A DNA stretch of 54,841 nucleotides, the filler included, from Streblomastix strix (lineage: Eukaryota), in the NCBI GenBank assembly GCA_008636045.1. It is 2 parts of 2 records of this genome, joined end to end, with 100 filler letters (N's around TTAATTAATTAA, not from the genome) between each part and the next. Parts side by side here need not be neighbours in the genome. Positions count along the whole stretch, not along the records: positions 27,513 to 54,841 come from SNRW01000146.1; 1 more part is not named here. One strand, 5' to 3'. Positions 36,830 to 51,935 of the stretch are shown piece after piece. A model generated the notes under the pieces. That model was not told the origin of the DNA and searched no databases. It saw only the letters and a program-made list of their open reading frames with translations. Each line of letters starts with the position of its first letter. Position 1 is the first letter of the stretch. A program made the position numbers and the translations under genes.

Positions 36830-39800
36830 ATTCCTCATATAATGTTTATAATGGTTTGGCCATTTTAAAACCTGCAAAAGGAAGAATGAATCACAAGTCC
36901 AATAGCACCAGTAAATTACCGCTGAGCTGGGACTCCAATTAGACACCGAATAACGCCAACTTAGTACCACAAAACCCGCTACAGGTAGCCGCGCAGCCAA
37001 AATCGACACTAATGAACGCATTCTGCCAGAACATTGAAATAGATCCAATGGATCCTGACTAAACAATAGCAACACCAGAAGAAGTATCATCGAACGCGAT
37101 AACAGCAGAAAGGACGTTTTTAGCCATGCTCTCGGGACGTGAAACATCGCGGATTGATTTTTATGCAGATAAATCGTTAGAAGATCAAGTAGCGGAAGCT
37201 AAACAGCACGTATGAGCAACAACAAACTTGATGCCGCGTAGGAGACCACCGAAACACAACAATTCACCAGTGCAACCGATGCTCGCTTTTGACCAGATTC
37301 TCGCAGATCTAGAAACGAAATTGCTACAAAAATACAAACTACAATAGGGAATACAAGCATGAATCGTGAAACGAGACTGGATAGCAATTCTGAAATTAAA
37401 TTTGTGCACGATAATATGCATATATGACACGATTTACAAGGTGAACATGACGCGAGCGCTGATGGACATTACGGAGCAAGGAAATTTGCCGAAAAGACAA
37501 CCGTCACAAGTGATACACCTGGTATACAACAATTAGATGCTGAAATAGCTACGGGCACTACTCTAGACTGAAGGTGCATATTCAACATCTGTATACATGT
37601 TATTGACGAGAATTGTGGTCATCATGCGAGAACCTGACCAAGAAATAAAAAAACTTACTGGGCAACAGGTAATAGAATTGATCATGATCAAGCAAATGCA
37701 AATATTACTTGAAAGGACTCAAGATTTCGCAAGGAAACCAACTCATAAAACTCTACTGAATGCGTTTTTGCCACATTTAAGTCAATTACAACAGTAGAGC
37801 ATGAATCCTTACGCATCAATCTATCCTTTTTACAACTAACTTCCTCAACAATAAATATAAGAATAACAGTCATTACAATACCTCTTCCAATACACTGGAC
37901 AACCAGCATAATACCCGATTTAACGAACCCAGTTCCCGACTATTCCACTACTGAATCCGTTTTTACCAATGGAGGACCCACCATATAAACAAACAAACGA
38001 ACACCGATTACTTACAAACTTAAATTCAAGAAGTTACCAAAACTTGAAACAACCTATTCAAAAATTAGAACAAACTGCAGCACAAATAGTTGAAAGACCG
38101 AAACAAAATGAAACAGGAATCGATATATAAACAATCTTTTAATTCTTCCAATGCCGGCATACCCGTTACAACAAACTTCCCGATTATCACTGCTACATTA
38201 TACAATAGAGAGAGAGAGAGAGAAACAGCAGAGACAGAGCTAAAGATCAATATTCCCTGCACATAAGAGAGCAGATGAGTCTGAAGAAGTTGATTTCCTA
38301 GATGAAATAATATCTGAAATAACAATGTCACACTTACCACCGAACAAGAGTGATATAGAAACAGCTCAATGAACATGATAAAATAGAAGATACGATTTGG
38401 TAAGAGATCCCAGTGTGATCAAATTCAAGAACTCGAAGTGGTATAGCAAATTAACTATACAGAAACCTTTCACATTTAGAGATTGAAGAGAATTTTGGTT
38501 AGACGCAGGCTTTTCATACGAATAAATTAATATACCACACTATTTGTCTATTGAATTTAGATCCTAAAGTCTCCACGAAAAATCAAGAAGAAATGAAGCC
38601 ACACGAATATTTGAAAAGGAGAAGGAATATGCAATAGTGCATGGAAAAGGAATGCAAATGAAGAGTTTATACGAGGCAATCCTGGATGCAGATGTGAAAA
38701 ATAAATAGACCAGTAGTAGCAGTAGGAGTAGCAGTTAATAAATATAAGAAGATTGGACAGGTAATGGATAAACCACAACTCAATAAATCAATAGAGACGA
38801 GGACTTGTTCGAGGATGATGAGCGCCACGGACAAATGGAAAAATAGGAACAAATTGAATTTGAAGGAAAATTAAAAAATAAAAACCAATAATAATCCCAA
38901 CCACAACAATCTTAAGTGAAAAATGACCCAGAAATAAATGAAAACCAAATGTAAAGGCGTTCTGAGCTAAAGAATCCCATTTCATTCAAATAATTTGATT
39001 CAAACGTTTAAACAAATCAAAACAGACTAAAATTACCTAAGTCTAAATCATAACACACCCCACATGACCATTTCACCGCGCCATTAACCGCCTTCAAATT
39101 CACCAAAACTGAAGTAAACAGAAACTATATTAAGATAAATTTCCCCTGGAGATCCACGAGGACACAAGGAAGGAAAACTCGAAAGGAAACAAACAAAGAA
39201 ACAATAATATGCAGGATTAATGGAGGTTGTTGAAAAGTTTTTCGAAATATTGAAATCATTAATTGAAGAAGAAAAGAAGAAATCCGAATTTAAGTTACCA
39301 GTACAACATAAAGATTACTTGAATATAAACGGACTGTTATTTTTTATCCACCAAAGAATTATCAGCCGACACCAATATCTAGACCAAAGAACCTATATTT
39401 CTCAGAAAAGCTATGATAGTAATTTATTGATAAAGTGCACGAAGACTTAGTGCCCATTTATCTATATCCAAGCAATGACCCATAACTCTGGGCAAATCTT
39501 CCAAAAAGATCATACATCCCAAGATCAATAAACATCTGTGACGGAATGGATGGATTTGTAACTAAACATACTTGATATATCAATCATTATCTGAAGCAGT
39601 AATAAACCTAATCGTATCCGAAACAGAATAAATCATAGAATATTCAGAATTAAAAGTAAAAACTAAGAATAATTAACGAACGAACTAGAGAGAATCATAG
39701 CTGATGGAACAGATAATAATGGAAATGAAGACTAATCTGAGCACGGAATCGAACCCAAGCATTTCACTAACGGAAACTAAGGTCTCTGAATTGATGACAG

Positions 39801-40100
39801 CGGGACGCAGTTACAGGCCACTGTCAACAGAGAAGCGAATCCCGAGATCAACATCACAAACATATCCGCCAACACACCACTTCACAATGTAAACGGATCA
39901 TTTGGACTCGGAAGAAACGGTTGCGGAACGCAGTTACAGGCAGCGACCAACGAAAATGTACACTTAAACCATCAGGCAATCGATAACACTGGCAATGTAA
40001 ACAATAACGAGCCGGAATAGTTGGACTGAATAAAGAAGAAAGGAGGAAAGAAGGGAGAGCAAAAGATATTAACGAAATCGGAACTATTTTTAAAATCGAA
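36830..40100 (+). pseudogene. Degenerate, A-rich, retroelement-like (gag-like) sequence with no recognisable enzymatic domain
   Basis: Raised GC and strong A strand bias like the neighbouring DIRS ORF1 regions. Gln/Pro-rich broken frames, and a short duplication ACGCAGTTACAGGC at ~39805 and ~39928. Confidence 0.3.
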
Positions 40101-40513
40101 TGGTTAATTATCAAAATATATGCGCCGCAGAAATTCAGCACAAATAACGGAATAAATATCTTTAATAGCTTTGATTCTTTAAAAATTAACGCATATCTAT
40201 AATCATAGGTCAAATCTACAAATCTGTCGCGTCAGAAACATGTCAACATCAATTTAAATTTTAAACAAAGATAAATCATAATTCTTAGCAAACGCATATT
40301 TTCAACGTTTTGAAATAATTTTCAAAGGAGGGGAGTAGGATGATGATCAAAATCAATAATTTGCAGTAACTACGAAGTCAACAAAGACCAACAAGTCTAT
40401 GCAGTAATCTAAAAATAAGCGAATAAAAATAATCAATAACTAACATAATATTATTAATTGTTTATTTATCTTTGGGCAATAATTTTTTTTACAATTATTT
40501 AATTTTGTTATAA

Positions 40514-43500
40514 ATGGCATTATTCAAATCACAATTATTATCTATATTGAAAGTATTTACTTTATCTACAAGTGGCACCGTTAAATAATTCAAGATTAGA
40601 AAGACCTAATTACTGAACGAATTAGGATTCCCTAGACGAGGAGGCAGAACTAATTACACTAAGGTTATATCGTTTGTAGTCGAAAAATAAATAGATCAAA
40701 TGTAAGATCAAGTAATAATGGAAGACTTACTAAAATATTAGAAATAAATAATTAAAGAAACTAACTTTAAAGAGACTAGATAAAAAATCGTTAGACTATA
40801 ACACTTTACTTTATATGAGATTGATGAAATATAAGAGAAGATAGACTTACACAAAGATTAATCAATTAGATATGATGAGAATATTAACTATGAGTATTTT
40901 AATCGTTTATTGTTTACTGAACCTTAAGAATAATAAGAATGTAAAGAAGCAATAATAAAAGCACGATAAGGATACAATACTGAAGAAATTGTTCAAATTC
41001 ATGATGCTATATCATCAACATACTATGATAATGAAATCACATCAATAAATGATATAAATGAATTAATTGACTCAGTGTATAATGAAAATAATAGAAGAGC
41101 ATTTAAGATTCAATTCATATTCGGTACTATTAGCGAAGAGTTTGCATATGGTAACTTTATCTATGATCATTAAATTTTGTTAGAAAACCATATATAATAA
41201 TATGCTCCAGCAATGATCACTAATGAATGGACAATAACATAGTCTAAATAGTACATTAAAAATTATATAATTGAGATGTAAGATTTTCAAATAACTGAAT
41301 CAACTAAATACAGATACATTAGTATATATTCAATGATCGTGAAAGTTAGTAGATTTCCATTAGCAGGTCTTTGTAGTTAAGAGCTAATTGACAAGCATTA
41401 TAAATCACATAAGTAATAACTATTCTATTAAATTTGCGATTTGAATGATTGCTTCTGATTATCATATGCTAGATTTATATTAAAGGGGGAAGTATCACCG
41501 AATCAAATAAGGCGTGAAACTAAAAATAAATGAGAGAATTCTATAATCTAATGAAGAAGTAATACGATACATTCATTTATGACTATAAAGGATTTGATGT
41601 TGTTGATGAATTTAATAAATTCATTATTAAGAAGAAGATTAATGTTAATATATTCTATTATGACAATGATAATAAATTCTATTAATTAGGTGAAAATAAA
41701 TCATACAATAAGATCAAGAACATTAATATAGATGATGACACAGAAATATAATAAGAATCATAAACAGATGAAATTCAACCTACATTTAATATCCTATTTG
41801 TTTCACCTACAAATGAAAATTAAGATATTTATCATGTATTTTATGTAACTAATACAGATGCATTAACGAGATAAAAATAATGCCCACTCTGTTATTAATA
41901 ATCATTTGACCCTAAAAATGATCACTTCTAAAGAGACTATGAAAGCCATATTATCTAATATAAGATTAATAATGGTAAACTAATTAAGAAAGTTAAACTA
42001 GATGAATGATCATTCCCAAATATCCTTCATATCTAACGAAATGAAACTTATGCTTATTTATTAGCGAACAATGCTAAGTAATAATTTAAACCTACACAGT
42101 ATTTCATTACATATGATCTTGAAACAGTAGAGCGTAAAGTTAATACTTATTTTGGTAAATCAATCATTAAAGACAATCAATAATAATAGGATAATAATCA
42201 AACTATTCGTAATAGCTAATGGATTTCATTATTAGAACCCCTATCCGTTGCATCAACTATCTAACTTAAATGGAAAGACTAATATAACAATGATAATTAA
42301 TATAAAAAGATATCAACTCCTACGGGTTTTGCAGCTTTAAAGACTATCTATTTTTACTTACGCAATGGAGATGATTTTTTAACTTAATGGATCGAGTAGA
42401 TATTCGAAAATGCTAAACAAGTTTCAATAGATAATAAGTATGATGATGAATCGATTCCTTATAAGTAAAACATATCAATTATTGGATTCAATTCATCTAG
42501 ATTCGATTAAGCCTTATTCTCTAAATACTTACATAATGATAATTGGATAACATAAAGCTTCATTGGTAGTTATGAATAAGGTAAACAGATAATAGTTGAA
42601 AATAAAAAGACTAAATAATAGATCAATTTTATCGATGCAATGAACTATACTTAGCTTACATATTTAGCTAGTTTCGCTAAGGATTTCAGCAACCAAGATA
42701 ATGAATCAAAAGGGATATTTCCGTATGAAGGTATAACATATGATAACTATAATTAGGAGCTAATCAAATCATAACCATTCCCAATTAAAGCATTTGATTC
42801 AATATTGAAAAATAAGTTTATGACTGATGATGATTACTTACTATATCGCAATGATGCTTAGAATTACGCTACAAGATGGGACTATCTGTAACACTATAAT
42901 AAATTAGATACATAGATAACGATATAACCATTAAACAATCTCAATAATTGATTCTATTAAAATAATGACGATATGCTTAGTTTCATGAGCCTTGCTGCTA
43001 ATGCAAAAACGATTAAATATGCTACAGCTTACAAAGATTTTGATTTAAACGTTAATTGCGCCGTAGGCGCTGGCATAAATGCTTACCCACAATAATAATC
43101 CAAATCAAAACCATTCATTCTATCACAAAGCTATTGAAATTCGAAAGTCATAGGATATAATAAATAGAACAAATAAAAGCATAGAAAGACAAACAATAAT
43201 GTAACGATTAATGACTTCGAATACTATAAGGATCTCTTCGAAAATTAATCTTGTATTATTTGTGGTGATAAATTTACAATGAATAATAAGCCTACCCTAA
43301 ATAGAATTGATAATAGACTCCCTCATATTAAATCAAACTGTTAAACCTATTGCTTATATTGCAACCGTTATAAATCAGATAAAGATGAGAAGGTAACTAG
43401 GCTATTTATTCAATTGAGAAGATACTATAATATTAATCATCTACCCTAAAAAATTGTAAATGATGAAGTATATTAACTCATAAGACGTAACATTACCGGT

Positions 43501-45062
43501 GGACTATCAAATGTAATGCTCCATTACAATCGTGCTAATGTTGATACAATTAAACGATATTATTATAATGATACCAATAAAACTATAACAGTAATCAATA
43601 CAATTCACACTATAACTCATATTTGCGGTGTTGATTTTAACTCATTATATCTCTCTTGTTTCTCATCGTAATAACATCCCTTTAACAAGTACACTAACGG
43701 TATTATGTATATGTGTGGAGCGGTAATATGAGTAGAAAAATATTAAGATATAGCGAGTAAAATAATTCACTCAGAAAATCGATTCAATGATCGGGGATAA
43801 CTATTCATTGCATAACTGAAGGGTCGCATTGATGAGAAATACATTAATGATTTCGTTAATTTCCCTGTATTATTTCGTAACTTATTATACTAATCAAGCA
43901 AATCAATTATTGGGTTATACATGTATGATTAGATGTAATAAGCAAGAGTTAAAACTGATAAGTAAGAAAGGAAATTTACTCAAATATTATCTACTCATAA
44001 TTAATATATGACCTTTAGTTCTTATTATTTATGGTTCTTAATTGATGATTGTCATTTTATTATCGATGATATTAAACAATTAGTTACTTTCGATAAACAT
44101 ACTAAATTTAATGTTTTCGTTAATGAGTTCAAGAATAAACCCATTGAAGCTATCAATCAAAAGAATAGTGGTTTGGATAAATCTTATAAGATGATTTTAA
44201 ACGCTTCTTATGAATCTGATGGTATGAATACTGAGAAATATAATAAGATCAAACTACTTACTAAAGAGAAGACAATAGAAGCACATACTAAATAATCATG
44301 GATGAATCATCGTAAATTAGCTGATAACCTTTATGCTGTTCAATTTAATCCAAAGAATTGCAAATGTAATACATGCCTTCAAGTAGCATATTTTGCACTA
44401 GATAATGCTAAGTATTGGTATCTTAATTTCATATATAATTTCATGTATAAATACTTGGATATGAATAAGCCTCATTTTGTGGAAGGATACACTGATTCAG
44501 CTTATTGGGCAATTAGTAGACGATAGGTTATTAAAAATGATACCAACTAATTGGAATACGAAGATAACTTACATCAAGATTTAAAACATGTCATCAAGGA
44601 CCAGATGTTCTATGATGCTAACGTAAAATACTTCTTTCCAACAATTGAAGGTAACAAATCAGATGAGAAGAAATTACTAGGTTTATCTATCGAAAATGAA
44701 GGAAACGAGATGTTTGCATTAGCCCCAAAGAATTACTATATTCATACATTTAAACATAATTAGCTAACAGATGTAATTAAACTAAAAGGAGTTAATTTAA
44801 GATTGAACAATATAAACAAATAAGACGTAATTTATAATATCATTTGTGGAAAAATAACACAAGGAACTAATATTCGATTAGGTCAATAGGCCGATTAACT
44901 AAAGCTGGGATAACTGACAAAGACTTATTGTATGAGTAAGTTGATATCGACTAAGAATGCGTAGACTAGTATATAAACTAAAATGATAGTACTTAAAATA
45001 GTTAAAGTTGTCTACCGTTTATCTATGAATTAATTGTCGATAATTATATAGATTCATCATGA
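40514..45062 (+). pseudogene. polB: Protein-primed DNA polymerase B with an endonuclease VII-like (HNH) insertion
   Basis: ExoI ITYDLET, ExoII IGFNSSRFD, KGIFPYE, YNKLD, CIICGDKF..PTLNRIDNRLPHIKSN..CLYCN, RRNITGGLSNV, VDFNSLYLS, YKMILNASYESDG, EGYTDSAYW, ALAPKNY, KLKGVN. TGA stops and frameshifts at ~41520, 42007, 43136, 43728 and 43900. Confidence 0.92.
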
Positions 45063-46175
45063 CTGGTTTTATAATTTTTTACCCTTGCTTTTAAGCTATT
45101 TTTTACCATAATTTTTTTAAGCTCTTTCTATACTTCTATCTATGCAAGCATTTATTTTTCGCTAATGTAATTCTTTTTAATTTTAACTTAATTTACTTTC
45201 TCTGCTTTAAATAATACATTGTTCATTTATATATAAGATGGTGTTTTATCAGTAATTCTCATACTTATATCCTTCTTAGGGAATTGAACAGCATTAAGTG
45301 AATTTAATCCCCAATCCATTGATCCAAGCTTATAATTCATTGTTTTATTCATTTCAATCATTTATTATGATTATAAGTCTTCAATTTATTTTTAATCTTC
45401 TTATTTTTTTTACAAGTGATTTTTAATCTTATAGTGGCGCAATTAGTGGTGTGAGGGGTTGAACATCAAGTAATGCCTCATTATCTAATTGTTCTATATC
45501 ATTTGTAGTATGAAACTCCTTATCTTATTGAAGCTCTTATTCTTTCTATTTTTCAGTTCCTTCATTTAGAACCATTTCTCTTTATTTATATTAAGTTGTA
45601 GGTTATTCTTTATTATATAAATCTTATAATGATTAATCTTATAACGCATTGAGATTATTATATGATTATATATTTTAATAATTATATATTCCTGAGGCAA
45701 TTTAAGAATTAACATTAAATATTGCTACTAACGAAAGATCACCTATTCCAACTGAATTATTAATCATAATTTTTGCTAGTATTTATGCTTATAATTAATC
45801 ATACATTAGATTCTAAGCTAATGATCGCATTGTAATAGCATCTAATAATTTATATGTTTCTTTTAAAGCTCTATAATCTTTGAGAGTCTTATCAGGATTA
45901 TTATAAAACGATAATTAGTCGCGTAATTCAAACTAGTCACCTAATTTTAATTTAAATGGATTCTATGATGATTAAGATGGTGATGATGATGGATAATTTT
46001 TATCTATAAAGTTATTGATTTCTCGTTACTATGTAGTAATTTAATATCCGTCATTAGCTAGTTTATTTAATATATTTGCTTGTATAACTTTATTAATTTA
46101 TTAACTTGTAACATGTATACCTAATCAATTAGCTATTTTAATTAATATTTCTTTTTTAGCATATATCAGACTCAT
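45060..46175 (-). pseudogene. Hypothetical viral protein
   Basis: Largely open frame from ATG 46175 (MSLIYAKKEILIKIAN*LGIHV...) under the variant code. No domain recognised. Confidence 0.4.
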
Positions 46176-46439
46176 TTTAACTCACTAAAAATGAAGGTAT
46201 AGACAAAGTCTCTAAACTCAATGAAACCATATGTATAATCATTGATAAGCGTACATGAATATATGAAATACAGTTAATTCCTATAATCATAACTCTGTTT
46301 AGCTACTAAAGCAGATCCAACGATAGAACTTCGATTCATTTTACGTTAATTTAATAAACGAATGAAGATGGATTAATTAAAATAGGTTATAGATGAAGCA
46401 TAAGTAAACAGTTAAAAAGCAGTACTATTATTGATACCT

Positions 46440-46973
46440 ATTTTGGAGGACAAATGATTACGAAAAATAAATTGAAACCAACTCTTTTGGCGGCATAAAT
46501 GCTACTCTTTATAGTGGAATCTTGCTGTAAGCAGAATCCTTGATTATCGATTATACTTTTCATTCATTATTTTAATCATCTTTCACTACGTTCAAACCTT
46601 CAGTTTTGGTTTCATTTTAATCTTTCAGTTTTTCTTGTTTATATTTCTCAAATATATTAAGTATAATGATTAAATCTTATTCCTCTAGCTTTATCTTTTA
46701 AATCTATCGAATAGCGGTAAGTTATAATTCGGTGATTGTTTATCTAAATTGTTTAGTGATTTCATATTGTATCTTTTTAAAAACACTTCGTTATTTTCTT
46801 GCATTACTTTTAGCTTCTTCTATTGTATTATATTTCTTAGGTCTTCCACATTTAACACCTTCTTTTTCTTTCATATTTACGTTTAACTCCTTTGGAGTCA
46901 GATTAGCTGATTGAAATAATTGATCGTTACTCTCTTCGATTTTATTTTATTCATTAATTGGTTCCATTTTCAT
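46440..46973 (-). CDS. Small basic viral protein with an AT-hook-like motif
   Basis: MKMEPINEQNKIEE...GVKCGRPKKYNTIEEAK. 3' end is approximate. Confidence 0.45.
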
Positions 46974-46989
46974 TAGGTAAAAAAATCTA

Positions 46990-48080
46990 TTTATATTTAA
47001 TATCTAAGTTTTCAAGATCATCACTTACATTCTTAGCTAAGTAAATAGGTATTTCAACTTAATATATATCCTTATATGGTTTTAATAATCTACAGATTAT
47101 ATTCCCATGCTAATACTTCTCGAATATTGCCAACTCATTAAACTATCTACGCTATTTTTTGAATTAATGTGATGTCTTTGATAAATCAAGGTGAATCAAT
47201 ATGATATTTCCCTTCGTTAGTTTAACTAATTAATTTTATTATTATTTAACATCATTTAGCTTTTTCATTTATGATCATATATATTTACCTTCCAAATCTT
47301 CATCTTTATTAACCTATGATGGACTATACTTTAATTCAAAGGCACTATGAGGCTTATCATTATAGAATTTAACAACCTATTACATTAACTTTGAATCAGA
47401 CATATCTTTACCAATAAACGCATCTCTAACTATACGAATAACTCTGTCAACTACTCTATTTTTATTAATGAATTTTGATTTACTCATGAAATATTATATA
47501 TGATGAGCCTATAAGAAATCTTAGACAATTTTACTACCAATAGCGCTTTCACCATCAGACCTTAGATTAGTTACATGTTATTATTTAATCAATTATTCGA
47601 GACACCATAATATCTCTTCTTATATCTTATTCTTTATCTCATAAACAGCTAAGAATTTAGTATTGATATTAATTCAGAATAGGTAATCCTACTTTCCATC
47701 GAATAATATATCTATTCCCATGATCCTAATGATTTATAGAAGTAAGGTCTATAGAATTACTTTAATGGTTTTAATTTATAATCCTTTATCTTATTCTATT
47801 TATCGAATGGATTTATTATATACTTTTTGAGTTTATCATCCTTTTATTTTACCTTTGTTTTTGCTATATGATATTCTTAAAATTTATCTAGTTGTTACTT
47901 ATATAACTCAGCTATTGTTTTAACATGTTTTACTTTAGAACCCCATCTTGATTCTATGAATTATTTTTCTAAGTCATTTGAGGTAAAATTGGTTTTAAAT
48001 TAATGGTTCAAACTATTTACAAAATCATTCAAACTCAACTTATTTACTTCATAAGCCTTATCATTAATAAATTTGTTCAT
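46990..48080 (-). pseudogene. Retroviral-like DDE integrase of the Polinton
   Basis: ININTKFLAVYEIKNK, NLRSDGESAI, KNRVVDRVIRIVRDA, VKFYNDKPHSAF. Frameshift near the first catalytic Asp (~47710) and internal TGA. Confidence 0.85.
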
Positions 48081-48246
48081 TTATTTTCAAAAATAATAGT
48101 ATCATTTATGACATATATCACTTTCACAAGCATATTTGATAGCAAAGTTGAATATCTATTTGAATAGCTCATGCCAATTAATGCTTAGTGACTCTAGTGC
48201 AACTATCATGGTCTAATTGAAAATATCCATATATATCACATTAAAT

Positions 48247-49739
48247 CATTGAATATATTACAACTCTAAAAGTAAATTGTTATATATATCCATAAACTAA
48301 TTAGGTATTCTTCGTCCAAAATTATCGTATAATTTAAATACAAAGGATCTATTCATATCCATTAATCCTGTTTGTGATAACATATTCTAACCCCAAAGAA
48401 CAGGTGCTCCTATTAGATTCTATTTATAACACACATTCGAAAACCTTACATTATTAATGGTTTACATTATTGAACCCATCATTTGATTATCAACGCATAT
48501 AATTAACATCTGAGGATACTCTAAGAAATTACCGATGTAATGGCAAAAGATAGATATATCCGATAATAACGACTATTAATTGTATTTAGTTTTATAGTAC
48601 CATTATTCTAGGTCGATTATTTTTTCATTTGAGGTAATATTAACCATTTGATTAGCATTATTTTAGTTATTACAATCATACAAATCTAATCCACAGGTTA
48701 ATTATACATATAAGTTATTAGATAATAATATACTATTAACGTACCATGACTAATGTGAATTGCTTGCATTTATACTGCCAACGAAGTTGGTATTATATTT
48801 ATTAACTACTGATTGAATATATTACCCATTTTAATTTAACAGTTAACATTAAATATATATATCCTTCCATTATTATACGTTTAATGCAGGTAATGAACAT
48901 ATCATTCTAATGGGAAATGTATTAATGTTATTGCCAATTTATTACATCGTTAATGATTATACATTAATTGGGTCTACCTTTGTTTCAATTAAATTTCCAT
49001 TCGTTATTGTTATCTACTTCCCATAATTATACCTTATATTAACGCTATATGGCTAATTCTCACTCAATAGTTGGGGTTCGATGGACGTTATGAAGTTATT
49101 ACCAGTTGGCTCATATACTCTTATTAAACCAATACATCGATAAGCTATTGCTAAATCTGTATAACAAATCCAATAATGATATAAGAAAGCGTCTAAACGT
49201 AAATTTATATAGTTTAAAGCAGAACTGCATATATCTGTTCCATTATTTATATTCAAACTGTATGTATTATTATACTATTTTTGAGTATGTTCATTTAAAC
49301 CATTATTGAAACAAATAGAATTGGAGTTAGTGCTGTTGACTAGTTCGAACTACTATTCTTGTGGGTCAATGAATTCGTTAAAATCTGTTTATTTCAATGC
49401 GTTAACGCTTGGGTTATTCAGATATGACTATTTATTCGAATTTAATATATACATGTTATTTATTATAATATTAATTTTAATTCTAAAAGGTGGGATAGAT
49501 TCGATAGCTTCTAGTTTATAAGTACCTTTTGCATTATTAAATTATTGTTTCAAATTTAATCCTTTGATTTTATGCCTTAGTTCAATATAATCATCGTTAA
49601 TGAAGAAGCATAGATTTAGAGGTGTATTGTTCATGCTATTAATTTAAAATTGTCTATATCCAGTAAGGGATTGAGCGAACCATTCAACGCAATCCTTTTC
49701 GCTATTATTGTTAATTATTTACAATCCTATTTAAGCCAT
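48247..49739 (-). pseudogene. Putative virion protein (minor capsid/penton-like)
   Basis: Asn/Ile-rich beta-type frame ending in SFVFKLYDNFGRRIPN...LELQY, reminiscent of Polinton penton C-termini. Contains frameshifts. Confidence 0.4.
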
Positions 49740-49770
49740 TTAATCAAAGCAAAAATAAACATCGTTGTAT

Positions 49771-50568
49771 TCAGTGGATTGATCTCTCTGTAACGGTTTA
49801 TCTAATTAGATTCATTATCTCAGCATCATCTTATTCATTTGGAATAGTAAAACTAAGCTTTTTCATATTAATACCTCTTTTATTTAACGTATCCTTAATG
49901 ACTTGGTTAAATGATGCTGCTATTAGTAAATTTTCAATGTAAATTGCTAATCTTTATGCTATTAAAAAGTATTTATTAATACTATTTTTATGTAATCTAC
50001 GTACCTTGTAATACTTCCCATCAATGTCTTATTTAATGAGTTCAACTGAGTATATATATAATCATATTGTTTATCTTATGGAACTAATATAGGTACCATT
50101 TGTTGTACTGTATTACTATAGTCAGTGTTTTCACGTTAAAGTTATTCAATAAGTCGATCAGTATTATCTTCAAAGTTAGTGTGTGTTTGTTAGCTATTTT
50201 CGTTAATTGAGTCCATTATCTTTCTAACATTAACAGCATATTTAGGATATCTATATTGCGATGAAATTGATTAATATTGGGTGAACATAATAACCTTTAA
50301 AATCATTAGCGATTCCTTTATCAATTGAATACATTAATGAGCCCGAGCTAATTATCTCGGGCAAGGCAACATCAATTTCTGCTTTAATATAGTCCTTCCA
50401 TCTATCATATTTAATTAATGACCTGAATTAATTACTATATTGTTAACAGAACTAAGTTGCATTGATATAACCATCATATTAGTCTACCAAGATAGTCATT
50501 CCGTTATACGAAGCATTAACGAATTGTTCATTGTTTTAGATTACAGTAGCAGTCTCGACTTGTGTCAT
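49771..50568 (-). pseudogene. KilA-N domain protein
   Basis: FVNASYNGMTILVDQYDGYINATQFC...FKGYYVHPILINFIAI. Two compensating frameshifts at ~50247 and ~50055. Confidence 0.85.
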
Positions 50569-51407
50569 TTAAGCTATTGATAAAATAATGGAAAAAATAA
50601 ATATGTAAAATAAATCATAATAAATTTATATCCTTAATAATTTCATCAATATAATCATTATACATCTTTTAATTAAATTGTATACGTGATACTTCCTTTA
50701 ATACATTTATCCAATGCAGTTTGTTATGTATTCTTTATTTTATAATATCCTTATTTTACTTCAATCTTTGCCTTAATTATTCTTATTAATCAATTAATAG
50801 TTTTATCGTTAATATTTGTTAATATTGTGAATCAATTAATTACTATTCGCTTTAATCTCTATCCAATTTACATATCGATAAAAAAATAATAAATCTAACA
50901 ACACCCATTATTTTACATTTATGTTCCTATCGCAATAACTGCTGTAGCTTTATAAATATATAGGTTTAAATGTACTTATAAGCATTAACAAAATACATTT
51001 ATTAATTTTTTATAATTAAAAATATATTCAACAATACAGGTTATGCGTTGGAGGAAAATTATTGAAGAGAAATTTTCAATTGCTGGCCGTAACGGTGCTG
51101 TAAGACATATGAAAAGCAGTTAATAAAATGTGAAATAAATAAGTTAATAAATAATATTCATACTATAAAAATATCAGTGTTTATATATGGTTTACTTAAA
51201 AATTTGGAAGAAATGTTTTCATATTTTCGCGCGATTTCATTAGAAACAGTTGAATAATCCGAGTTTTATATACGGAAAATTGTTGCATAATTTAAATTAC
51301 ATTAAATCAAATAAATATATTCCAATTATACTTTCTACTTAAACTTGGGGGATTGCACTCCAAATTTTGATTATTGAAAATTTTAACTTTATGTAGAAGC
51401 ATAAAAT

Positions 51408-51927
51408 TTGGGGATGCCAACCAAACCACCCAGATCCCGACCTACCCACCCAACCAAGAAAAAACGACCCAAAATAAAAAAAAATAAAACAAAATAAATT
51501 TTTTTTAAAGGTTCAGATTTTATTAATAATATATTAAATACATTTTTATATTTATATATAATATGTTTATATACATTAAAATAATAAATATAGTTTCAAT
51601 AAAAAAATTTTTTCTAAAAGTTAGTGTTGGTAGTCATGGGTAAATTCTTTTTCGCGCCTAGTTAATTGTATTATTGAATAATTTTATTTAATAATTATCA
51701 AATTTAATGATTTAATACATTTAATTTATTACTAAATTACAACATACATACAAATAATTCTAATTATTTGTTGATACTATTTAGATTTTATTATTATTTT
51801 TTCTATTTACAATTTATCCAGCATAAAATTAAACGCAATTTTTGCAATATCATATATTTATTCTTACCCACAGAACTCTGAACGACACACCAATCCAGAA
51901 CACTCCGGGTCAATTTGGCATTCCCAA
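51408..51927. mobile_element. hAT-type MITE with a perfect 8-bp TSD
   Basis: TIR TTGGGGATGCCAA / TTGGCATTCCCAA. CATAAAAT is duplicated at 51400-51407 and 51928-51935. Confidence 0.9.
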
Positions 51928-51935
51928 CATAAAAT

